Of a stretch of DNA of 64,000 nucleotides, positions 1-9,701 are shown one piece after another. The position numbers were made by a program, and so were the translations under genes. The notes beneath the pieces are model-generated. The model made no database searches, was not told where the DNA came from, and worked only from the letters and a program-made list of their open reading frames with translations. How positions within the stretch are numbered: position 1 is the stretch's first letter; the number at the start of each line of letters is the position of its first letter. The DNA lies in the NCBI GenBank assembly GCA_022828135.1, contig JAJEJB010000014.1, positions 25,079-89,078 of the forward strand, in the 5' to 3' direction. This DNA is from Acidimicrobiia bacterium (GTDB taxonomy: Bacteria > Actinomycetota > Acidimicrobiia > Acidimicrobiales > Aldehydirespiratoraceae).

Positions 1-205
1 CTTCCCGTTCGCGGTGCCCTTCAACGTCTCGGGACATCCCGCGGTGGTGATGCCCGTCGGATTCGTGGACGGCCTTCCTGTCGCGGTGCAGTTGGTGGGA
101 CGGTACGGAGCCGACACCGCACTGCTGTCGCTTGCCGAGCAACTCGAAGCCGAACTGGATGTGCGTCCCTTCGTCCGCCTGTCGCCCCGCCTGGGAACCC
201 CGTGA
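1..205 (+). CDS. amidase-family protein, C-terminal fragment (5-prime end outside window)
   Basis: Track ORF 14..205. GHPAVVMPVGFVDGLPVAVQLVGRYGAD resembles the C-terminus of amidase-signature enzymes. Stop overlaps the next start (GTGA 202-205). Confidence 0.55.
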   Translation, partial: FPFAVPFNVSGHPAVVMPVGFVDGLPVAVQLVGRYGADTALLSLAEQLEAELDVRPFVRLSPRLGTP

Positions 206-987
206 GCGACATCATCCACAGCGTCGACGACTCGATCTGGCAGGTCGAGATCAATCGGCCCGAGCGGGCCAACGCCCTTCGACGGGAGACGATCCGCCAG
301 ATCGGAGCGGTACTGAACCGGGCCGAAGCGTCCACATCCGGCGCGGCAGGCGAGGCGGACACCGGCGCGATCGGTGTGCTGTTGACCGGTGGCCCCGAAC
401 GCTTCAGCGCCGGAGCGGACCTGTCCGAGCTGAACGGCACGACTGACGATCTTGGATTCGACGACGAACTCGAGCGGCTCTGCCGGCGCCTCACCCTGAG
501 CCCGCTGCCGGTGGTCGCCGCGGTCGAGGGTGCCTGCTACGGCGCCGCCATCGACTTGGCTTGGGCCTGTGACGCCGTGGTGGTCTCCGACGAGGCGCTT
601 CTCGCCCTGCCCTCGACCAGACTGGGAATCCTGTACAACCCGACATCGACGGCCCGGCTGCACGCCCGCCTCGGCTCGCCCACCGTGCGCCGCCTCATGG
701 TGCTCCAGCAGGAGCTGGCGGGTCGGGAGATGCCGCCCGGCACAGCAACAGTCGTGCGGGCGGGGACCACCGTCGAGACGGCCAGGAACCTGCTCGGGGC
801 CCATTCCGCCGAGCCGGAAGCAACCGCCGCGACCAAGGCACTGTTGGCGTCGCTCGACCGCGGCGAGGGGTTCGATCCTGCGGAGTGGCAGCCACAGCGA
901 AACGCCCTGCTGGACTCACCGGCACGCCGCCGCGCGCTGGAGGCCCGGCGCGCCTCGTTCAGCAAGGATCACAGCGAGTGCAGCTGA
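202..987 (+). CDS. enoyl-CoA hydratase/isomerase (crotonase) family protein
   Basis: 261 aa. N-terminal VEINRPERANAL and FSAGADL oxyanion-hole-type motifs typical of crotonases. Confidence 0.8.
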   Translation: MSDIIHSVDDSIWQVEINRPERANALRRETIRQIGAVLNRAEASTSGAAGEADTGAIGVLLTGGPERFSAGADLSELNGTTDDLGFDDELERLCRRLTLSPLPVVAAVEGACYGAAIDLAWACDAVVVSDEALLALPSTRLGILYNPTSTARLHARLGSPTVRRLMVLQQELAGREMPPGTATVVRAGTTVETARNLLGAHSAEPEATAATKALLASLDRGEGFDPAEWQPQRNALLDSPARRRALEARRASFSKDHSECS

Positions 988-1766
988 AGGATCTGGCCGG
1001 CTGCGACCTGGGCACGCGCCGGGTCGACTTCTCCCCCGACGACGCCATCCTCTACGCGCTGGCGGTAGGGACCTCCGCGGCACAGCTCGACCTGGTCTAC
1101 GAGCAGAACCTGCGGATCCTGCCTGTCTACGGTTGCGCTCTGGGTCTGTGGGCGGTCGAAGCAGCCGGCGAGCTCGGTGCCTACGACCGCACCCGATCGC
1201 TCCACGTCGGCCAGAGCCTGACGGTGCATGAGCCGCTGAGACCTGAACCGTTCGAGACGCAGGGCTGTATCCGCTCCGTCTTCGACAAGGGCAGGCTCAC
1301 GATCGTGGAGATAGACGTGGCTGCTCCCAGCTTCGAGGCCACCTACACGATCCTCCTACCCGGCATCGGAGGCTGGGGCGGGGAACCGCCGCCGCCGTCC
1401 GAGCAACACGCGCCGCTCGTCCCGAACTGGACGGGCACAGCGGACATCGGACCCGACGCCGCGGCGCTCTACCGGCTGACCGGCGACAAGCATCCCGTCC
1501 ACATCGATCCGGCGGTCGCGGCGGTCATGGGACTGGACGGGCCGATCCTGCACGGTCTGGCCACCATGGGCATAGCGGCCAGAGTTGTCGCAGCCGCGGT
1601 GGGCGCCCATCCGGCCGACCTGTCCACCGCTCGGGTGCGCTTCTCCAATCCCGTATATCCCGGCTGCGAGCTGCGGATCGCGGTCGACACAGGCGAAGAC
1701 GCGGCGCGGGCCCTCGCTTCCGTCGAGGATGCGACCGTGATGTCGGGAGAGTTCACATTCCGGTGA
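978..1766 (+). CDS. MaoC-like (hot-dog fold) dehydratase
   Basis: Track ORF 885..1766. I place the start at in-frame GTG 978, just before the upstream stop. LTGDKHPVHIDPAVAAVMGLDGPILHG is a classic MaoC dehydratase motif. Confidence 0.7.
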   Translation: MQLKDLAGCDLGTRRVDFSPDDAILYALAVGTSAAQLDLVYEQNLRILPVYGCALGLWAVEAAGELGAYDRTRSLHVGQSLTVHEPLRPEPFETQGCIRSVFDKGRLTIVEIDVAAPSFEATYTILLPGIGGWGGEPPPPSEQHAPLVPNWTGTADIGPDAAALYRLTGDKHPVHIDPAVAAVMGLDGPILHGLATMGIAARVVAAAVGAHPADLSTARVRFSNPVYPGCELRIAVDTGEDAARALASVEDATVMSGEFTFR

Positions 1767-4189
1767 TTCCCAGCAGCGGTCCCCACATCCGTTCGGGCAC
1801 CCGTTTCGTCGGACGTTCGGTGCCCCGGCGTGAGGACCGGGGCCCGCTCACCGGCGGGAGCCGCTACATCGCGGACGTGAAGCTCGCAGGGATGCTCGAG
1901 GTCGTATTCGTGCGCAGCACCGAAGCGCACGCCCGGATCGTCTCCGTCGACACATCGGAGGCCCGAGCCGTCGACGGAGTGGAGGCGGTGTTCACCGCAA
2001 CCGACTTGGCCGAAGTCGAGAGCTTCCCAGACCACATCGACTCAATCGGCCCGGTGCGGCAACGTCCGCTGGCCACCGACAGGGTCCGCTACGTCGGCTC
2101 CCCGTACGCGGCAGTGGTCGCAACAGACCGCTACGTGGCCGAGGACGCGGCTGCGCTCGTCGCGGCCGGCACCGAGTACGAGCCCCTGCCGACCGTCGCC
2201 GATATTCAGCAGGCGCTCGCGCCCGGAGCGCCCAAGTTGTATGACGATTGGGACGACAACCGCTCGGTCGACATCGCCTACCCCAGGCCTGAAGCCGACC
2301 GGGCCTTCGCAGAGGCCGACCACACGTTCACGGCGACCTACGTCAGCCAGCGTCAGACGGGCCTGCCGATTGAGACCAGGGGCGTGGTCTCAGACATCGA
2401 CGGCGGGACGCTCACGGTGTGGACCTCGACGCAGAGCCCCCACATGGTCCGCACCACGATCGCCCTGATGCTGGGCGTGCCCGAGCCTCAGGTTCGAGTC
2501 ATCCACCCCGTCATAGGCGGAGGCTTCGGCGTCAAGACGCACATCTACCCCGAGGACATCGTGGTGCCCTGGATCACCCGCCGGCTGGGGCGGCCGGCGC
2601 GCTGGATCGAGGACCGCATGGAGAGCCTGCTGGCGTCGGTGCACGCCCGCGATCAGCGTCACGACGTCGAGGTGGCCTACGACGGCGACGGCACGATCCG
2701 GGCCGTGCGCTGCACGTCGACCCTCGATCTCGGCTCCGGCGAGATCTTCTACCCGGGCACGGCGCCGGTGTTCGCCACCAACTCCTGCATCACGGGCGCC
2801 TACGACCTCTCGAAGGTGCAGACCCGCGCCGTCGCGGTGGTGACCAACAAGACCCCGTCGGGGGCCTATCGCGGCTTCGGGATCCCGGAGAGCACGCTGG
2901 TCATCGAGCGGGTGATCGACCGGGTGGCCCGGCTGACCGGAACCGATCGGGCGGAACTCCGGCGCAGGCTGCTCTTGCGACCCGGGCAGACGCCGTATGT
3001 CATGCACGCCGGCGGGCGCATCGACTCCGGCAGTCACGCCGAGTCCTTCGAGCAGGCTCTGGAGCTGGCTGCCCCCGCGCTCAAGCGGGTCCGGGCCCGC
3101 CACGCCCACGATCCCGATGTGCGGGTCGGAGTGGGCTACGCCAACTACGTGGAGCCCACCTCGCCGAGCTACTTCCGCACGACCGGCCATTGGGGCGGAG
3201 GCGACGCGGCCACCGTACGGGTGGACCCCGACGGCTCGGTGCGGGTCGCGGTCGGGCTCAGCGCTTTCGGGCAGGGTGCCGAGACGACGGCTGCACAGCT
3301 GGCAGCCGATGCCCTCGGGGTCTCACCGTCCGAGGTGACCGTGGTGCTGGGCGACACCGAGCGGGCGCCCTACGGCCTGGGATCTTGGGGCAGCCGGGGA
3401 GCGATGATGCTCACCGGATCGGTGATGCTGGCCTCCGAGCGGCTGACGGCCAAAGCACGAGCCATCGCCGCCCACATGCTGGAGGCAGCTGAGTCCGACA
3501 TCGTGCTGGCCGACGGCGCCTTCCACGTGGCCGGCAGCAGCCAGCCCTCGATCAGCTGGGCCCAGGTGGCCACCGCCGCTTGGATCCGGAAGGTGGATCT
3601 GCCCGACGGCATGGAAGAGGGGCTTGAGACGTCGGGCTACTACCACCCCGAGCACTTGGAGCATCAGCCCGACGACACCGGCCGGTTCAACTCGGCCGCG
3701 AGCTGGTCCAACGGCGCCCACATCGGGATTGTGAGCGTTCGGCTCAGCACCGGCGAGGTGAGCATCGAGGACTACATCGTGGTCCATGACTGCGGCACGG
3801 TCATCAATCCCGCCCTGGTGGAGGGCCAGATCCACGGTGGAGTGGCTCAAGGGATCGCGGGCGCGATGTACGAGCACCTCCAATACGACTCCGACACCGC
3901 ATACCCGAGGTTCGCGTCGTTCATGGACTATCTGGTGCCGACGTGCGCGGAGGTGCCGAGACTCTCCGTCGATCACCGCGAGTCGCCGGCTCCGGACCAG
4001 CCTCTGGGCGTCAAGGGCTGCGGCGAGGGAGGCACCATCGGTCCGCCCGCCGTGGTGCTCGGCGCCGTGTCGGATGCCCTGTCGGAGTGGGGTGTCGAAC
4101 TGACGGAGTGCCCCGTCACGCCGGTCGCGGTCCGCGCCGCGTTGCGGGCCGCGGGGGCTGCCCGCGGCAGGGCAGAGGGCAACCCATGA
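1763..4189 (+). CDS. xanthine dehydrogenase family molybdopterin-binding large subunit (CoxL/aldehyde oxidoreductase-like)
   Basis: 808 aa. GGGFG, TPSGAYRGFG and GCGEGGTIGPP motifs. GTGA overlap with the upstream gene. Confidence 0.9.
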   Translation: MIPSSGPHIRSGTRFVGRSVPRREDRGPLTGGSRYIADVKLAGMLEVVFVRSTEAHARIVSVDTSEARAVDGVEAVFTATDLAEVESFPDHIDSIGPVRQRPLATDRVRYVGSPYAAVVATDRYVAEDAAALVAAGTEYEPLPTVADIQQALAPGAPKLYDDWDDNRSVDIAYPRPEADRAFAEADHTFTATYVSQRQTGLPIETRGVVSDIDGGTLTVWTSTQSPHMVRTTIALMLGVPEPQVRVIHPVIGGGFGVKTHIYPEDIVVPWITRRLGRPARWIEDRMESLLASVHARDQRHDVEVAYDGDGTIRAVRCTSTLDLGSGEIFYPGTAPVFATNSCITGAYDLSKVQTRAVAVVTNKTPSGAYRGFGIPESTLVIERVIDRVARLTGTDRAELRRRLLLRPGQTPYVMHAGGRIDSGSHAESFEQALELAAPALKRVRARHAHDPDVRVGVGYANYVEPTSPSYFRTTGHWGGGDAATVRVDPDGSVRVAVGLSAFGQGAETTAAQLAADALGVSPSEVTVVLGDTERAPYGLGSWGSRGAMMLTGSVMLASERLTAKARAIAAHMLEAAESDIVLADGAFHVAGSSQPSISWAQVATAAWIRKVDLPDGMEEGLETSGYYHPEHLEHQPDDTGRFNSAASWSNGAHIGIVSVRLSTGEVSIEDYIVVHDCGTVINPALVEGQIHGGVAQGIAGAMYEHLQYDSDTAYPRFASFMDYLVPTCAEVPRLSVDHRESPAPDQPLGVKGCGEGGTIGPPAVVLGAVSDALSEWGVELTECPVTPVAVRAALRAAGAARGRAEGNP

Positions 4190-5052
4190 AGCCCGCGCCG
4201 TTCGACTACTGCCGGCCGGCCACAGTGGTCGAGGCGGTCGAGGCTCTCGGCAGCGCTGAATCCGGCCGGGTGCTGGCGGGCGGTCAGAGCCTGATCCCGG
4301 CCATGAACTTCCGGCTCACCGACGTCTCGCTGCTGGTGGACATCGGGCATGTGACCGACCTACCGGGCGTGGACACTGAAGTGGCCGGGGTGACCGTCGG
4401 CGCGACGGCCACCCAGAGTCGCGTGCTCAACGACGACGACGCGGCCCGGGTCGTGCCCGGACTGCGAGCCGCCCTGCGCCATGTAGGGCACCTCCAGATC
4501 CGCAACCGGGGCACGGTCTGCGGCAGCATCGCCCACGCCGACCCCGCCGCAGAGCTGCCGGCCCTGGCTGTCGCCGCCGGCGCGGTGATCGGCATCACGG
4601 GACCGGACGGGCACCGCACTGTGGCGGCGTCGGATTTCTTTCTCGGCCCGTTCTGGACGGCTCTCTCCGACGCCGAGGTCGTGACCGAGGTTCACTTCCC
4701 GGCGGCGCCGGTCGGCTCTGTGACCTCGGTGGATGAGATCTCCCGCCGGGCCGGAGACTTCGCCGTCGCCGGGCTGGTGGCCGTCATCGAAGTCGGCGAC
4801 GGCGCCGTGCGGTCGGCCCGCCTCGTCGGCTTCGGGGTCGGAGGCGCACCCGCCCGGCTGGCATCCGCCGAAGCCGCCATGGCGGGCTGGGCTCCCGACC
4901 ATCCCGACCGCAGGCTCATGGAGGCCGCGGTGGAGGACACCGCCGACGCGTTCGATGACATCCACGCCACCGCCTGGTACCGCCGCGAGGCGGTGGCGAC
5001 GCTGCTGGTTCGGGCCGCGCGGCGTGCTCTGGCGAACGGGGAGACCTCATGA
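4186..5052 (+). CDS. xanthine dehydrogenase family FAD-binding subunit (CoxM-like)
   Basis: Real start is ATG 4186 (MKPAPFDYCRP...AGGQSLIPAMNFR) inside track ORF 3943..5052. ATGA overlap with the large subunit. Confidence 0.85.
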   Translation: MKPAPFDYCRPATVVEAVEALGSAESGRVLAGGQSLIPAMNFRLTDVSLLVDIGHVTDLPGVDTEVAGVTVGATATQSRVLNDDDAARVVPGLRAALRHVGHLQIRNRGTVCGSIAHADPAAELPALAVAAGAVIGITGPDGHRTVAASDFFLGPFWTALSDAEVVTEVHFPAAPVGSVTSVDEISRRAGDFAVAGLVAVIEVGDGAVRSARLVGFGVGGAPARLASAEAAMAGWAPDHPDRRLMEAAVEDTADAFDDIHATAWYRREAVATLLVRAARRALANGETS

Positions 5053-5546
5053 CGATCCTCGAACCAGTCTCGGAGGTCGATGTCGAGGTAACGGTCAACG
5101 GTCGCTCCCACCGGCACCGCGTCGCCGCTCGGCTGCTGCTGTCGGACTACATCCGCGACACCGTGGGCCTGACGGGCACCCACCTCGGCTGCGAGCACGG
5201 CTACTGTGGCGCCTGCACGGTGATCGTCGACGGCGACGCCGTGCGATCCTGCCTGATGCTCACCGTCCAAGCCGACGGAGCCGAGATCCGCACCGTCGAG
5301 GACCTGGCTCCCGAAGGCGCGAGTTCGCTGTCACCGATGCAGCAGTCATTCCACGACAACCACGCCCTGCAGTGCGGCTTCTGCACGGCCGGGATCCTGA
5401 TGACCCTCGAGAGCGTCGACCCCACCGATTGGAGCGAGCCCGAACGCATCATCGAACTGCTCTCGGGCAACCTCTGCCGCTGCACCGGATACCAGAACAT
5501 CGTCGCCGCGGTCGCCCAAGCGTGGAACTCCGAGGGAGACGTGTAG
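5049..5546 (+). CDS. (2Fe-2S)-binding small subunit (CoxS-like)
   Basis: 165 aa. CEHGYCGACT and CGFCTAG...CRCTGY cysteine clusters. ATGA overlap with the FAD subunit. Confidence 0.9.
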   Translation: MTILEPVSEVDVEVTVNGRSHRHRVAARLLLSDYIRDTVGLTGTHLGCEHGYCGACTVIVDGDAVRSCLMLTVQADGAEIRTVEDLAPEGASSLSPMQQSFHDNHALQCGFCTAGILMTLESVDPTDWSEPERIIELLSGNLCRCTGYQNIVAAVAQAWNSEGDV

Positions 5547-5551
5547 AGAAC

Positions 5552-5577
5552 GCAGCGGTTGATCGCAGCGGGTGATC
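5552..5577. repeat. tandem 13-nt direct repeat GCAGCGGTTGATC / GCAGCGGGTGATC
   Basis: Read directly in the 37-nt gap between convergent genes. 12/13 identical. Confidence 0.6.
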
Positions 5578-5583
5578 GGCCGG

Positions 5584-6930
5584 TCAGAACTTCTGGATCG
5601 TGTGATGGTGGGTCATGGCTGAATTGGCCGGACCCAGCAGCATGTGGGCTCGGAGATTCCTCTTGTGGAAGAGCCTCACCAGCGCGGTGTCGTGCCTTCC
5701 GGCCGTGTCGGCGAGCACGAAGGCCTCGAGCTTGGCCTCGCCGTCTCGCCAGTCGTGCGGGCGGGCCCCCAACAGCTGCTCGAGGTCGTCGAGGTCGGCC
5801 CTCTCGACGGCATCGCCGATCTCGTCGCGCCGCTGAAGATGGCGGGCCAACCGGAACAGGATGCGAAGCTCGTGCCGCACGAACGGGTCGTCGGTGCCCA
5901 CCGACCGCAGGGCCCCCACCAAATGTCTATGGCCCACATCGGCAGTCGAGAAGCGCGGTTCGGGCAACTCCACGGTGGGCAGGTCGAGGCCGAGATGCTC
6001 CGCCCAGGCCTCGGTGGCGAAGAGGTTGGTCTCGCAGCACCACTGGAGATTCGTCATCAGATCGGAGGCCGCTGACGGGTCGCGCAGGGCGTGGCTGTAG
6101 GCCAGCTGGTTGGACAGAGTGAAGGCCATGTGGTGCCAGCGGATGGCGGCGAGGTCGACGGGTGCGCCCGAGAGTTCCTCGTAGCGGGCGTAGAGCTTCC
6201 TCATGTCGCCGTAGCCGACGATGGTGTCGCGCATGCGCCAAGCGGCGAGATCCATCATCGGGTCGCCGAGGTGTCCCAGCTCGAGATCCAGTACAGCCAG
6301 GATCTTTCCGCCGGCATGGTGGAACTGGCCCGAGTCCCAGACGACGGGCGCTTCCCGGCCGGCGGCGTCGATCGGGTTGCGGCGCAGCCAGCCGAGGCAG
6401 AACTCGAGGAACGGATCCGGGTGCCTCTTGAGCGCCCTGTAGTGCTCCTCGTAGCGACGCAGTCCCACCAGCCCGGCCTCCGACCGGTCGGCGGCCCGCC
6501 GGATGCCCGCCGCGACGAACGGCTCGGTGGGCAGGGCGTGGAGCCGGGCGAGGATGGCGAGGTAGTCGTCCACGGCCGACGCGCGGTCGGTGTCGCTGGT
6601 GTCGCCGAAGTGCTCCTGGCCGCCGACACGGTCGATCACGAACGCCATGGGCTCGTCGATCCATCCCCGCACGGTCGCCACGGGGATGCCGTGCTCGCCG
6701 AGGAGCCGCTGGAAGGTCATCTCGTGCTCGAGAGGGAAGATGAGAGGCATGTCCGTGCGGTCGCCCCGCACCACCAGCTCGTGACGGGTGCCGTCCCGGT
6801 CGACGGTCGCGAACCAGACCGGCCGCCAGCGCGTCTGGCGGGCGAGTTCGATGACCGTGCCGCCGAAGTCCTGCTCGAACCAACGGGCGATGTTGCCGTC
6901 GGCGGCAGCCAGCGACTCCGGGCTCATCAT
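5584..6930 (-). CDS. phosphotransferase (aminoglycoside/choline-kinase-like, APH fold) family protein
   Basis: Track ORF 5584..7047. Start moved to ATGATG at 6930, preceded by GGAGAGGA. VLDLELGHLGDPMMDLA kinase catalytic/DxG-type region. Confidence 0.75.
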   Translation of the reverse strand: MMSPESLAAADGNIARWFEQDFGGTVIELARQTRWRPVWFATVDRDGTRHELVVRGDRTDMPLIFPLEHEMTFQRLLGEHGIPVATVRGWIDEPMAFVIDRVGGQEHFGDTSDTDRASAVDDYLAILARLHALPTEPFVAAGIRRAADRSEAGLVGLRRYEEHYRALKRHPDPFLEFCLGWLRRNPIDAAGREAPVVWDSGQFHHAGGKILAVLDLELGHLGDPMMDLAAWRMRDTIVGYGDMRKLYARYEELSGAPVDLAAIRWHHMAFTLSNQLAYSHALRDPSAASDLMTNLQWCCETNLFATEAWAEHLGLDLPTVELPEPRFSTADVGHRHLVGALRSVGTDDPFVRHELRILFRLARHLQRRDEIGDAVERADLDDLEQLLGARPHDWRDGEAKLEAFVLADTAGRHDTALVRLFHKRNLRAHMLLGPANSAMTHHHTIQKF

Positions 6931-7046
6931 GGCGCCATCCTCTCCCCCATCCGGCCGGGCCGTCGGGCCCTGTCCACCGATCTCGACCGCAGCCTCATTG
7001 TGGTCTAGGTTCGCGGTTCCGCCATCGGCTCGCCAAGGAGAAGACA

Positions 7047-8093
7047 ATGAGGTTCAGCTTCGTAACCCTTCCCGACTACCCGCTACAGGAATCCCTGGAG
7101 CACATCAAGACGGCCGACGAACTCGGCTTCTACGGGTGCTACGCCGCCGACGAGACATGGCACAAGGACCTGTACGTGCTGTTCGCGGCCGCGGCGTCGG
7201 AGACCAGCCAGATTCGCATGGGCCCCAGCCTGGCGCCGATCGCGTTGCGCGAGCCGACCCTGGTCGCCCAAGCGGTGGCCACCCTCGACGAACTCACCGG
7301 CGGCCGGGCCGAATGCGTCATCTCCAGCGGGAACTTCAGCCTGCTCGCCCAGTACGCGACGGACTGGACGGGCATCAAGCCGCTGTCCCGGGTGAAGGAG
7401 GCCCACCAGGTGATGCGCACCTTCCTCGACGAGGGCGCTCTGACCTTCGAGGGCGAGTTCTTCAACTACGCCGGGCTGTTCACCTTCGCGCGCCCGGTGC
7501 AGGAGCATCTGCCTCTGCTGATCGGCGCGCTGCGGGGCCCGAAGTCCTTCCAGGCTGCGGGCGAACTCTCCGACGGCACCCACGCCTTCGCCCAGTACTC
7601 CCAGGAGGCCTGCAGCTACATGGTGGACAACCTGCGGATCGGCGCCGAGCGGGCCGGAAAGAACTGGCAGGATCTCGACATCGCGGTGTGGAACGTGTTC
7701 GCCATCGGACCCGACTCGGCCAAGGCCAAGCAGGCGGCCCAGACCATCGGAGCGTTCTACATCCCGGCAATGGCGGTGGAGCAGATGGAGCGCCACGGCG
7801 TCTCGCAGTCAGACGTGCAGCCCATCCTCGACGCCTTCGGCGACGGCGACGTGCAGGGCGCCATCGACAACATGACGCCCGACATCGCCGAGAAGCTCTC
7901 GGTGGCGGGCACCCCCGAAGAAGTAGTCGACAAGATCAGGTCGGACATCGAGCCGAGCGGCGTCAACCACTTCATCGCCTGCATCACCGACTCGTTCCTG
8001 CTCAACGCCTTCACCGGACGGGACATCGAGGTGCCCGACGTGCAGGGCCAACTGCAGCTGATCCACGACGAGGTGATGCCCTCCTTCGGCTAG
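7047..8093 (+). CDS. LLM-class (luciferase-like) probably F420-dependent oxidoreductase
   Basis: 348 aa. AAGGAGAAGACA Shine-Dalgarno before the ATG. Luciferase-like TIM-barrel sequence pattern (DELGFYGCY..., TGGRAE). Confidence 0.8.
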   Translation: MRFSFVTLPDYPLQESLEHIKTADELGFYGCYAADETWHKDLYVLFAAAASETSQIRMGPSLAPIALREPTLVAQAVATLDELTGGRAECVISSGNFSLLAQYATDWTGIKPLSRVKEAHQVMRTFLDEGALTFEGEFFNYAGLFTFARPVQEHLPLLIGALRGPKSFQAAGELSDGTHAFAQYSQEACSYMVDNLRIGAERAGKNWQDLDIAVWNVFAIGPDSAKAKQAAQTIGAFYIPAMAVEQMERHGVSQSDVQPILDAFGDGDVQGAIDNMTPDIAEKLSVAGTPEEVVDKIRSDIEPSGVNHFIACITDSFLLNAFTGRDIEVPDVQGQLQLIHDEVMPSFG

Positions 8094-8119
8094 AAGCCGA
8101 GCAGATTCGCGCTCGCTGC

Positions 8120-8776
8120 TTAGGAGTCGGACGGAGCTGTTGCGCCGATGAGGGTCGAGATGAGCCGGTTCCACTCGTCGTGGGTCGGGAGGTGGCGATC
8201 GTCCAGACCAGCCGACACGAGCAGTTGGACACCGAGCGCGGTGGCCCGGCACATCAAGGCCATGGCCGCCGTGCTGAGCTCGGGGTCCACGAAGCCGGCC
8301 TGCTTGCCCTCCTCGACTATGGCGGCGATCTGCTGAAGGTCCTGGTTCAGGAACTCCAGCAGGCACTCTCTGATCTTCTCGTTGTTGCGCGCGCTGCCGA
8401 AGACCTGCACCAGTACGTCCCGCGACTCGTCTGCCTCCAGGAGGCGTGTTCCCAGCGTCTCCATCACGTCCGGCGGCCTCATCCCGTCGACGCCCGACTC
8501 CTTGATCCGGCTGGCCGGCAGGATCGTTTGAAAGATGTAGTCGAGGGCGGCCGCCATCACGTCGCTCTTGGTGGGCCAGCGCGCGTAGACCGCTCCCGAA
8601 GTGAGTCCGGCGCGACGGGCAATGGCGCTGACGCGGGCCGCGTCGAAGCCGTGTTCCACAAACTCCCTGGCGGCGGCCTGCAGCAGCCGCTCAGTCGTTC
8701 GATCCGTTCCGCTCCGGCGGCGCGGCGTGTCGGCACCGAGCAAAGGAAGGTCCTCTAGAGCCGACATACGGCTCAC
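8120..8776 (-). CDS. TetR/AcrR family transcriptional regulator
   Basis: 218 aa. N-terminal HTH RLLQAAAREFVEHGFDAARVSAIARRAGLTSGAVYARWPTK. Confidence 0.85.
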   Translation of the reverse strand: MSRMSALEDLPLLGADTPRRRSGTDRTTERLLQAAAREFVEHGFDAARVSAIARRAGLTSGAVYARWPTKSDVMAAALDYIFQTILPASRIKESGVDGMRPPDVMETLGTRLLEADESRDVLVQVFGSARNNEKIRECLLEFLNQDLQQIAAIVEEGKQAGFVDPELSTAAMALMCRATALGVQLLVSAGLDDRHLPTHDEWNRLISTLIGATAPSDS

Positions 8777-8783
8777 AATACAC

Positions 8784-8803
8784 GATCACCGACTCCCGTG
8801 ATC
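8784..8803. promoter_or_regulatory. inverted repeat GATCAC-N8-GTGATC just upstream of the TetR start
   Basis: Read directly. Lies 8 nt upstream of the TetR GTG (8776). Confidence 0.3.
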
Positions 8804-8865
8804 TCCTAACTGACATGAGAACCCACGATGAGTGCCGTTAGACATCCGGTATCGCCGCCGCTGGG

Positions 8866-9672
8866 TCAAGCTCGGGCGAGAACGACAGTGGACCACGCTC
8901 CGGATGTCCGGCGACGGACTTCGGTCAGAGGGTGAAGGAAGTCGACGACCTGCGAGCACTGCGACGGGGAGATCCCGCCCACGACGAGCCATCCGCGCTT
9001 CGACACATGCGAGACCAATTCCGGGGCGAGTTCGACGACTCCCGCCCTGGCGATGTTGGCCAGGACGATGTCGAAAGGGCCGTCGATTCGACCCAGAGGA
9101 TCGGGCGTCGCCTCCAAGCGGCCACCCATACCGTTGACGTGTGCATTCCGTCGAGTTGCCTCGACTGCATCGAGATCGATGTCGGCAGCCACGACTCCCG
9201 CCGCGCCGAGTTGAAGCGCACACAATCCGAGAATGCCGCTTCCGCAGCCGACGTCGAGTACCCGCTCCCCGCCGACGATCCGACCGGCGAGCTCTTCGAT
9301 GATCTGACTCGTGGTCGGATGGTGGCCGCTGCCGAATCCACCGGGTCCGAGCTCGATCAACCCCGGGAGGTGCCTGCGATCGTGCTCCGACCACGCCAGG
9401 CACACGCTGAGTCGTTCACCGAAGGAGACGGGGCGCGTGTCCCGATACCACGCCTCGAGCGCGGCACCACCGTCCGGTCTCGTCACCGCCATCACGCCAT
9501 CGGCCCGGAGCGACACGACGAGGCCGGCCGCCCCTGCCGCGTCCTCTACCGAGGCCAGCACCACCCGACGAGTGTCGCTGGGCGCCACAACGTCCACCGA
9601 GCGCACGCCGAGGGCTCGGAGCCGGTTGCACATCCCGGCCAGTTCGCCTTCGGTTGTTGCTACCACGATCAC
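8866..9672 (-). CDS. prmA: ribosomal protein L11 methyltransferase-like SAM-dependent methyltransferase
   Basis: 268 aa. FGSGHHPTT and VLDVGCGSGILG motifs typical of PrmA. Confidence 0.7.
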   Translation of the reverse strand: MIVVATTEGELAGMCNRLRALGVRSVDVVAPSDTRRVVLASVEDAAGAAGLVVSLRADGVMAVTRPDGGAALEAWYRDTRPVSFGERLSVCLAWSEHDRRHLPGLIELGPGGFGSGHHPTTSQIIEELAGRIVGGERVLDVGCGSGILGLCALQLGAAGVVAADIDLDAVEATRRNAHVNGMGGRLEATPDPLGRIDGPFDIVLANIARAGVVELAPELVSHVSKRGWLVVGGISPSQCSQVVDFLHPLTEVRRRTSGAWSTVVLARA

Positions 9673-9701
9673 CGCGACGCAGCTCCAGGAGCGGCGCAGG
9701 C

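Noticed and set aside
1763-5546. Carbon monoxide dehydrogenase (coxLMS) call
   Set aside because: The active-site loop is AYRGFG rather than the CODH form I signature, and the gene order is L-M-S. I kept the generic xanthine-dehydrogenase-family call.
6788-8758. 656-aa plus-strand ORF spanning the LLM and TetR region
   Set aside because: It is out of frame with the well-supported LLM oxidoreductase and antisense to TetR. The sequence is Arg/Pro-rich junk.
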